DNA from: Stegostoma tigrinum
Taxonomy: Eukaryota
Direction of reading: 5' to 3'
DNA length: 64,000 nt
Assembly (NCBI RefSeq): GCF_030684315.1
Contig: NC_081404.1
Location: 13,583,140 to 13,647,139, forward strand
In this document: piece after piece, positions 50,665-59,566 of the stretch
Layout of the letters: each line of letters starts with the position of its first letter
How positions within the stretch are numbered: the first letter of the stretch is position 1
Notes under the pieces: generated by a model
Seen by the model: only the letters and a program-made list of their open reading frames with translations
Databases searched by the model: none
What the model was told of the DNA's origin: nothing
Translations under genes and position numbers: made by a program

Positions 50665-50759
50665 TTAGCTGATGCGGACTGTCTCATCAGATACCAGTTT
50701 GCCATCAATGAGTTTCTGAGTGGTGACTACCGTTTTCTTGATAGTTTGTGAGGTGGCAC
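50665..50759 (-). CDS. krt18: krt18-like exon 8 coding part (tail, stop TAA)
   Basis: gaacag|(G)[30 protein letters not shown]; resembles the K18 tail QTIQKTTTRRIVDGKVVS. Confidence 0.92.
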
Positions 50760-52982
50760 CTGTTCATACAAAACAAAGAAAAATCAGATTGTGAGCAGGT
50801 ATGTTTGCAGACAAGAAACTTAACATACAATATGTTTCTAGCCTCGCTGGATGCATCACACATCCTTGTAGAATCTACTTGCTGCCACCCCACCCTCCCC
50901 AGTCTAAGCTGATTCATTTCAACAGAATGTGAAACAGGACAGATTACCAGCTGTATGGAGCAGGTGGAAATCTATCCGGTGGTATGTACAGCAGGGACAT
51001 TATAAAATTACATGTACAAATTCTCTCAATTAAATGATCTTACCAGAGGTTGACTCAACAAGTGCGCTGTAAAAACAAAAAAAGGAAAAGTGAGACAGAA
51101 ATAAATCAGCTCAGTGCTATTACACACATAAAACCAAGGTGTGGATGGGGGATTTCACAACTTTGCCATAATGGTCATTACTTTTTCTACCTTTTCTACT
51201 GATGCTACTTACTTGATGTCTTCTCCATCCAGCAGACGTTTGTATGTTGCTATTTCAGCCTCAAGTTTCATCTTCACGTTCAAGAGACTTTCATACTCTC
51301 TGACCTGGGACTGCATATCACTGCGCATCTGAAACAGATCTCCCTCTAGTTTGGCAATCACGCCATTTAGGCTCTGCAGCTCCATATCATATCTCAGTTC
51401 TGTATCTTTGAGAGTGCCTTCCAGTGAGTTTTTCTAGAATAAAATAAAAATACAGGCTCAACTTTTTACTAGAATATATATGATCTTGCAATTAGATCAG
51501 TCAGTATTGCATGCAATGTGTGATGTGAGGCTTTGGTTTGTGTTACACTTCTTCAGAATGGAGTGCTTACCATGCTTTGAAGAGTCTCCAGCTCAACGTC
51601 CAGAGACTGTACCTGGCGGTGCAGTTCAGTGACTTGTACCTTTGCACCTCGCAGTTCTTCAGTATTGTGTTCGACTTCAACTTTGTAGTTATCTATCTGC
51701 AATAAGAAGTAATGTAATTAAGTGACAGCACTTTTCACCAGTGTTCACAAGATGTTATATTTTGAGAATATTTGATCAAATTGCAATCCCATGCAATTCT
51801 GTGTGCTTGGAAGATTAAATTGAGTCAAATGTTATCAGTGGAAGCATGTGGAATTGTGTAATTCTGTGGAAATAAAAGCACTTTGTTCACCTGGTTCTTG
51901 TACCAGTTCTCTGCATCATCCTTGTTTCTCTGTGCCACCTCTTCATATTGATTTCTGATCTCAGCAATGATCTTAGCCAGATCTGGACCTTGAGGAGAGT
52001 CCACTTCAACCTGCACACTCGAGTCAGTGATCTGGGAGCGAAGAGCTTTGACTTCCTGTAGAATTAAAAGACAATTTTCATCCATTATTACCGAACTAGC
52101 CATATCCTGCTCCATATCCAGAACTCAAAGGATTGGAGAGTCAAAATGGAGCAGAATTTCATAGCTCATTCCCATTAGTGAATGCTATCTGTGTTATATT
52201 TTATTAATTTATCTCTATTATTGCTTTCATACAGAAATTACTTGTGAACCAATAATCTGGTTTCCCAACTGTTTACTGCAATCTCCCTCCTTACAATTAT
52301 CCCATAGCTCCTTGTCAACAAGAGACAACTCTGTGGAACTTACGTCTTCATGGTTCTTCCTGATGTAGATGAGCTCCTCTTTGAGAGACTCGATCTCACC
52401 TTCCAGGTGCAGGCGCCCAATGTTGGTGTCGTCGATGACTTTGCGCAGTCCGTTGATGTCATTCTCCACAGACTGCCTGATGCTCAGTTCGGACTCCCAC
52501 CTGTGCAGGGGAAAGACAAACAGGTCAGGTCAGAGGAGCTGTGGTGGGTGGGGAAGGTATTCCCTCACTGATCACAGTGGGGTTCAACCATGTGGACATT
52601 ATGCACGTGGGACAGATGGGGGATTGAAGTACTGAAACAAAAAGACCACCTTCCATCCAAAACTATATCTGTGACATGGTTTAATAAGTGTATAAGAGCA
52701 CATGTTAACATCCTCATGACACAGTCTTAGTATCCATCCCTCTGAGTCAGAAAAGCGAGATTCAAGTCCCAGCTGCTCGAGGGGTGTTCACAATAGCTCT
52801 GAACAGGTTGGTTAGAAACTACCTACAATGTTGACTCTAAGGACTGTTGTGTCCTAATGTAGTGTCCCTGCCTCAGGTCCAGAAGGCCTAAATTCAAATC
52901 TCACCTACCCCACCCCTCTCTCCCGCCCCCAAAGTATATCATAACAGGCCTGAAGGTAACTGGGAGGATATGTGTATGGGTA

Positions 52983-53045
<63 letters not shown>

Positions 53046-53785
53046 GGAACTCACTTCACTCTGAAGTCGTCAGCAGCCAGGCGAGCATTATCGATCTGAA
53101 GTACCAAACGAGCATTTTCGATGGTCATATCATAGACCTGAAGGATTGAAACGCATACATTGATTAAAGTGTCATTTCGTGTATTTTTTTAAAGTTAAAG
53201 ATGAGCCAGTGTGGGGAGGATGGGTTCCGCAACAGCAAGCCTCTGTGCCAGGTATTGTGTAACAGGAGAGAAGCTTGAACAGCTTGGGGCTGGGGAGAAT
53301 CGTTTGGAGGCGAGGATAACGGCGGCTAGTCTCCTCTCCTTCCCTCTCGGTGCACAGTGTGCCAGCAGAGCCCCCTATCCATAACCCAACAATCAGCTAA
53401 ATGTTACCTCTTTGCGGAGGTCACTCAGCGGCTTCTCGTAGACGCTCCAGTCACGGACGCTGGCTCCCCTGGACTCCAGATGCTCCTTGATCTGCAGCTC
53501 CAGGTTGGCGTTGGCCGTCTCCAAGCTGCGCACTTTCTCCAGGTAGCTGGCCAGCCGGTCGTTCAGGCCTTGCATGGTCTCTTTCTGGTTGCTGACCCCC
53601 CCGATGCTGATGCCGATGCCGGCGCCGCTGACCATGCCTACGGGCCGGGCTATCGACGCCCGGCTGACGGACACTCTCTGGCCGAAGCCACTGATGCTGC
53701 TAGCGCTGGACTGCAGGGGCACAGAGCGCCGCAGGGACATGGGACCACCGTGAGTCGACAGCGAGGAATAACTTCTGAAACTCAT
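50665..53785 (-). CDS. krt18: Keratin type I cytoskeletal 18-like, complete gene; join(53408..53785,53055..53137,52344..52500,51891..52055,51571..51696,51213..51433,51044..51066,50665..50759); 1248 nt = 415 aa + stop
   Basis: Spliced translation keeps frame across all GT-AG introns. Motifs: [22 protein letters not shown] (coil 1A), [19 protein letters not shown] linker, [15 protein letters not shown] (helix termination), tail [13 protein letters not shown]18-type features: RVSVSR head, [24 protein letters not shown]. Exon sizes 83/157/165/126 match the K18 pattern. Confidence 0.93.
51044..51066 (-). CDS. krt18: krt18-like exon 7, 23-nt micro-exon
   Basis: Long polypyrimidine tract + cag|CGCACTTGTTGAGTCAACCTCTG|gtaaga. 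It is required to put the last exon in the frame encoding the K18-type tail. Confidence 0.85.
51213..51433 (-). CDS. krt18: krt18-like exon 6 (221 nt; coil 2B end)
   Basis: ttctag|[15 protein letters not shown]...[24 protein letters not shown]|gtaagt. Confidence 0.95.
51571..51696 (-). CDS. krt18: krt18-like exon 5 (126 nt)
   Basis: ttgcag|[42 protein letters not shown]|gtaagc. Confidence 0.94.
51891..52055 (-). CDS. krt18: krt18-like exon 4 (165 nt; L12 linker with VEVD caspase site)
   Basis: ctacag|[55 protein letters not shown]|gtgaac. Confidence 0.95.
52344..52500 (-). CDS. krt18: krt18-like exon 3 (157 nt)
   Basis: gcacag|[52 protein letters not shown]|gtaagt. Confidence 0.95.
52984..53045. 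repeat. (TG)26 followed by short (AG)n microsatellite, krt18 intron 2
   Basis: Read directly from the sequence. Confidence 0.97.
53055..53137 (-). CDS. krt18: krt18-like exon 2 (83 nt)
   Basis: ccttcag|[27 protein letters not shown](K)|gtgagt. Confidence 0.95.
53408..53785 (-). CDS. krt18: krt18-like exon 1 (head + coil 1A, 126 codons)
   Basis: ATG at 53785; MSFRSY...LSDLRKE, then donor GTAACA. Confidence 0.95.
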
Positions 53786-54182
53786 CTTGAAAGGGGAAGG
53801 CGGGGGGGTTTGGTGCTTGGAGCTGCACTTCCTACGAGAACTAGCTGGAGAAGATCAATAAGTCACTCACACCAAGTGCAGACACTTTATACCTTCCGGC
53901 TATCGCCAATTGGCTTAAAGTGGCGTCCAGTAACCATGGTAATCCTTTCTGACACCGTTCTTGTCCAATGGGGAACCGACGGAATTTGCCTATATACCAC
54001 ACGCCGTCTAACGGGAGCACATTTGCCTCGGGGCAAACACCAGAAAGGGGTTTCTGAGATTGGACTTTTTCGTTTGGCACCCCCCCTAGCTCAAGACCTG
54101 CCCCACTCTTCCAAAATAATCCAAACTTTGTGTTTTGTTACCCCGATCTTGTGATAAACCAGAGAGACAGAAAGAGACCACT
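53786..54182. promoter_or_regulatory. Putative bidirectional promoter and 5'UTRs shared by the two keratin genes
   Basis: TATAAA on minus strand at 53886-53891; ETS-type CCGGAAG (minus) at about 53893-53899; palindrome GCCAATTGGC at 53905-53914; CCAAT at 53965-53969; TATATA at 53991-53996; ATTGG at 54059-54063; no ATG between 53997 and 54182. Confidence 0.75.
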
Positions 54183-54428
54183 ATGTCCAGCCGTAGCTCG
54201 TTCCGTTCCCGTTCCCACTTCAGCAGCCAGTCTTACACCCCCGGCTTGTCCATGCAACGGGTCAGCGTGGTCCGGGGCGCTCAGCGACTGGGTAACGTGC
54301 CCCCTCTGGGCAAAATACCCGCCGAGAATCCACGCTTCGAGGGCGGCCAGGAATTCCAGGAGCTGCGTATCCGCGAGAAGGAACAGATCAAAGGGCTGAA
54401 TAACCAGTTCGCCAGTTTCATCGACAAG
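54183..54428 (+). CDS. Type II keratin (K8-like) exon 1, 82 codons
   Basis: actATG start; MSSRSSFRSRSHFSSQSY...EKEQIKGLNNQFASFIDK|gtaaaa. This is the type II coil-1A signature with the canonical intron after FIDK. Confidence 0.9.
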
Positions 54429-55012
54429 GTAAAACCAAAACATGTTTTTTTTTATTTTAAAAAAAGCACAAGCTTGAGTTAAACATTCAACTTTAAAATG
54501 AACCGCGCTGAAAGTATGACAAAATGCTAACTGTGCAATCTAACGCATTTTCAAGGTGTTAAACTAACCGCTGGAGCAGTTTTTTCTAAAAAAAACAAAC
54601 GTGTAATGTGTACATAAACTCAAACTGAGCTCCTGTAGAAACAGGTAGCCCCAGGGCGATTGCACCTGTAATAATGTGAAGCATCTTCTTTCACAGTGAC
54701 GCCCTAATTGGGTTGAAGGTGGCACCAAAAATGAGCCACAGATGTAAAGTACCCTTTGATATTAATTCCACTGATTGCAGTATGACCGCCCGAGACAACT
54801 GTCATTTTGTCTTTGACCTTCACGTACCCCTGGAATGAAGACAGGTGCATTTAAAAAAAAACCAAAGAACTGTCGATGCTGGAAACATGAAACATAAACA
54901 GAAATTGCTGGAAAAACTCGGCGATGCTGCCGGGCCTGCCGAGTTTCCCCAGCAATTTCTGCATTTTTAATTAAAAAAATGTCACGCAGTATGCATGACC
55001 TTATGTTTTAAG

Positions 55013-55221
55013 GTGCGGGCACTGGAACACCGCAACAAGCAGCTAGAAATGCACTGGAAACTGCTGCAGGAGAAAGGTGTGCGCAGCTCCAACATTGACC
55101 AACTCTTCCAAGTTTATTCCAACAACCTCAAACAGCAGATCGATACCTTAGCCCAGGAGAAGCTTCGCCTGCAATCTGACCTGGAGGGCATGCAGGGAAT
55201 GGTGGAAGACTACAAGACCAA
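55013..55221 (+). CDS. Type II keratin (K8-like) exon 2, 209 nt; gene presumably continues beyond the window
   Basis: ttttaag|VRALEHRNKQLEMHWKLLQEKGVRSSNIDQLFQVYSNNLKQQIDTLAQEKLRLQSDLEGMQGMVEDYKT(K)|gtaagt. The 209-nt size and sequence resemble K8 exon 2. Confidence 0.92.
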
Positions 55222-56799
55222 GTAAGTATTGAAAATTGCCAATCGCTTTCCATTTTACATGTTTAGTAGGGAGAGGGTAGGATTCACAGATAATTTTTAA
55301 AAAAAAAATTAGAATAAGTCTTTCCAAATTCACATAGTAACCCCATCAATCTTCCAAATGACATTTCACTTTGAGTTTGTTTGTTTCCTTTTGAAATGTT
55401 TTGACTTTTGTTACCGTGCCCGTCAGGGACTGCCAGCCCCAGTTTATGTTTGATCTGGTTAATTGGTTGAGTTTGAAAAAGTAGATTTCAGCATCAATTG
55501 TAGAGAAGGTGAGAAAAACAGGCAACTTAACCTTGGACTTTATGCAAATCATGAAGCATAATGTATGGTCTAACATGAAATTCCTCTCTACCCGTTGTTA
55601 AAGCAGAACAGCAAACCCATCGTTTTAATTTTAACTTGTCTCAAAATAGGGTCAAGGTAACTGCTCACACCTTCACAAAATGTCTGTGTGATTCCAAGGC
55701 ATTTGTGTGGATTGGCCGCAGAACCTGTCATAGACCGACAGCCAAAGTGAGAATTGAATTGAATCGAATTAGGTTTATTTTCACATGTACTCGCATGAGT
55801 ACAGTGGAAGGTTTACAAGTTGCCGCTTATGGCGCCATCTTAGGTACCAAGGCACCGAGGTACAGAATCTCAGTTGCAAAGCTTGATCTCAGGGCTGTTA
55901 TACCCATATCATTCACTGCCACTTTCATGGAGATTTTCCTTTGAGGGCTCTTCTGAGCAGTTGCTGAAAAATTGGTGCAAATCCCACTGAGCCAGGGTAG
56001 CCAGGGCTCCTGCTAAAGTTTCAGAGCGAAAGGGTGACATGTTCTCATTTTATGAGCTCCAGTCACAGGAGACTCTCAGAATACTACCCTCAGTTGAAAC
56101 TGAAGAGAGGCTTAAATTGAACCCAAAGGCACTTTGTAAGTAAATCTGAGCTTCGGTTTTACTGGTATCTGTGCCCGGCGATCTCATTTGCCAAACCAAC
56201 ACCATATACCAGCCACGTTCCTTTCGGCAAAAGGAGCAGTGGGAGATGGCTTTTTCTTTAAGCAGCGAGCTGTTGAGGACTGGAGTATGCTACCTGCACA
56301 AGAGCAGATTTAAACGTAACCTTTTACAAAAAAGTGAATTGGATGTTTCCTTGAAAGTGTTGGCGGTTGGTGGTTGGGTTTGGAAATGTCTTTAGGGAAA
56401 GAATGGAGCAGTGGGGATAATTAGAAAGTTATTTCAAAGAACCAGCACGGGCACATTTGGCACAATCCTTCTGTCCTCTAAGATTCTATGATTCTATACA
56501 GCAGCATGAAAAATAGACCTCATTAAGCTGCCTTACCTAGCTGAAGAGTACCTCCACTAAAACTGATGGTTTGTACAATTGACTGAGCAGTGGGTTTGCA
56601 AGGCAGAGTAGTGCCAGCATTTTGGGTTCAATTCCCACACCAGCTGAGTTACTATGATGGATTCTCCTTCTCAACCTCTCCCCTTGCCTGAACTGTGGTG
56701 AGCCCCAGGTTAAGCCACCACCAGTTGTCTCTCTCTAATGAGCCTAGTAGAACCATGGTGACCTTACCTTTAATAAGTGATGGCATGGCTTCACTGACA

Positions 56800-57035
56800 G
56801 GGTGACATGATGGCTCACAGAGCCAGAGACCCAGTTTCAATTCCAGCCTCTGACAACTGTCTGTGGAGGTTGCACATTCTCCCTGTGGCTTCCTCCCACA
56901 GTCCAAAGATGTGCAGGTTAGGTGGATTGGCGATGGGGAACACAGGGTTATAGGGATGGGATGGGTCTGGGTGTGATGCTCCTTGGAGGGACAGTGTGGA
57001 CTTAAGGAATGGCCTGCTTCCACACTGTAGGGAGT
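56800..57035 (+). mobile_element. HE1-like SINE, internally deleted
   Basis: V-domain and cacagtccaaagatgtgcaggttagg. Confidence 0.8.
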
Positions 57036-57789
57036 CTTTCATTCAGTTCCTAAGCAGCTTGGTTGAGGAATTGTCTTTGAGCTGAAGACTTGGACAGTAT
57101 TCTTTGTACAGTAAGCTCAAATGACTAGCCTATTCATTTAAAAAGGGTCCATTATTTCAGAACATTATTTAAACCAATCTGAGATCCACATTTATATTTT
57201 AGGTCTGGGAATTGAATGAAGCTGAAGTGAGTCCAGAGAAACTTCAAACAGAATACTGTGAGCATTACAATAGTAATCTTAGTTAGTTAGTTTTGTCACA
57301 TACCTGGAAAGATACAGGAGCACCATCACAGCCGACAATCTGCTGAATCCACAAAGTATTGAGCTAATGTTTCTGCTAAGCTGTGTGTATAGACAGCAGT
57401 GCAACAGCACACGAGATATCATGCTGGCAAAAAAGATAGAAAGGTATACCACATAGGGAAAGCATCGGCTGTACACTTCTGATAGCCCCGCTGGGTGAAG
57501 ATTGGAATATTCTCTGTTAAAACTGAGTTAAAATCCCAAGGGGAATGCCCACTGGTGTTGTGGACAGTCTTGATGAATGGAGACCAGGTATAAGGTTGGG
57601 GGGGGCCTCCTTAGCCTTCTTTGCACCCCACCTAGGAGATGATACTTCAGAAAATACACACCAGAGGGCAGAACACACCATATAGGTAGATCTGCCAACA
57701 GCATTGTTACCACTGACCCTCAATGTTAGAAAGCTCCCTTCACAGCCTCAAATTCCCAAAGCACCTTACCTGGAAATCCAGTTATGGAA

Positions 57790-58050
57790 TCCCGACAGCG
57801 TAGAAGCAACCCATTTGGACCTTCAGGCCCATATCACCCCTCCGAAGGGCATCCCACACAGACCCACCCCATAACCCTGCATTTGCCACGGCCAATCAAC
57901 CTAATGTGAAAATCTTTAGATTGTGCGATGAAACTGGACAACCTGGAGAATGTGCAAACTCCACACAGACAGCCACCTGAAGGTAGAATTGAGCTCTGGT
58001 CCCTGACCCTATGAGGCAGCAGTGCTAACCACTGAGCCACTGTGCCAGCA
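57790..58050 (-). mobile_element. HE1-like SINE
   Basis: Reverse complement begins ggcacagtggctcagtggttagcactgctgcctc. Confidence 0.82.
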
Positions 58051-58525
58051 GTGATTCTTGGAGTGTCAGAGAGGTGGTAGCTCATCAATCCCACAAACAG
58101 CACTGAGACAACTGACCTGATTTAGTGATTTTTTTTTGATGAGGAATAAAAATTGACCAGAGCATTGGGAAAGGCAGCAATAAAAAGGAGAAAATTTATG
58201 AAACATTAGAAAACAATTTCCCTTTCTCACTTGACCAAATGACTGGTAAAGTTGCATGTAAGCTGCTCTCTACTACGATCCTTGTACAGTTAATTCCACC
58301 AGATACAAGCCTAGGCTTGTTGACGCATTTTATATTTCACCTGGTGTGCCATTCCTCTGGACATTTGAATGGATTCTACCATTCTAACCACTTAAAGAAA
58401 GAAGGGACAGGCATTTATATCACACGTTTCATGTCTCAAGGATGTGTGAGAATGCTTCATGGAAGTGTAGTCACTATTGTCAAGTAGGGAGATGCAACAA
58501 TCCGCATAACCAAAATGTTCAATTT

Positions 58526-59566
58526 AGAACATAGAACAGTACAGCACAGAACAGGCCCTTCAGCCCACGATGTTGTGCCGACCATTGATCCTCAAGTATG
58601 CACCCTCAAATTTCTGTGACCATATGCATGTCCAGCAGTCTCTTAAATGTCCCCAATGACCTTGCTTCCACAACTGCTGCTGGCAACGCATTCCATGCTC
58701 TCACAACTCTGTGTAAAGAACCCGCCTCTGACATCCCCTCTATACTTTCCTCCAACCAACTTAAAACTATGACCTCTCGTGTTAGCCATTTCTGCCCTGG
58801 GAAATAGTCTCTGGCTATCAACTCTATATCTATGCCTCTCATTATCTTGTATACCTCAATTCGGTCCCCTCTCCTCCTCCTTTTCTCCAATGAAAAGAGT
58901 CCGAGCTCAGTCAACCTCTCTTCATAAGATAAGCCTTCCAGTCCAGGCAGCATCCTGGTAAACCTCCTCTGAACCCTCTCCAAAGCATCCACATCTTTCC
59001 TATAATAGGGCGCCCAGAACTGGACACAGTATTCCAAGTGCGGTCTTACCAAAGTTTTACAGAGCTGCAACAAGATCTCACGACTCTTAAACTCAATCCC
59101 CCTGCTAATGAAAGCCAAAACACCATATGCTTTCTTAACAACCCTGTCCACTTGGGTGGCCATTTTAAGGGATCTATGTATCTGCACATCAAGATCCCTC
59201 TGTTCCTCCACACTGCCAAGAATCCTATCTTTAATCCTGTACTCAGCTTTCAAATTCGACCTTCCAAAATGCATCACCTCGCATTTATCCAGGTTGAACT
59301 CCATCTGCCACCTCTCAGCCCATCTCTGCATCCTGTCAATGTCCCGCTGCAGCCTACAACAGCCCTTTATACTGTCAACGACACCTCCAACCTTTGTGTC
59401 GTCTGCAAACTTGCTGACCCATCCTTCAATCCCCTCATCCAAGTCATTAATAAAAATTATAAACAGTAGAGGCCCAAGGACAGAGCCCTGTGGAACACCA
59501 CTCACCACTGACTTCCAGGCAGAATATTTTCCTTCTACTACCACTCACTGTCTTCTGTTGGCCAGC
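58526..59566 (-). mobile_element. Young 5'-truncated CR1 LINE with open RT C-terminus (ORF 58606-59544), antisense in type II keratin intron 2
   Basis: GVPQGSVLGPLLF, SKFADDTK, LVRPHLEYCVQFW; (TTCTATG)-type tail; possible TSD caattt at 58520-58525 and 59567-59572. Confidence 0.93.

Larger units (their letters stand above)
53300..54450. promoter_or_regulatory. CpG-island-like region spanning both first exons
   Basis: Visibly GC- and CpG-rich against a CpG-depleted background; not computed. Confidence 0.65.

Noticed and set aside
53989-53998. CArG (SRF) box
   Set aside because: The sequence is CCTATATACC, not CC(A/T)6GG; treated as TATA-like instead.
53357-54154. 265-aa plus-strand ORF overlapping krt18 exon 1 and the promoter
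   Set aside because: Antisense shadow of GC-rich keratin coding sequence, with a non-ATG start and no recognisable domain.
54135-54182. N-terminal extension MLPRSCDKPERQKETT of the type II keratin
   Set aside because: It starts at TTG in the ORF track. The first ATG (54183, A at -3) gives a typical MSSRSS keratin start.
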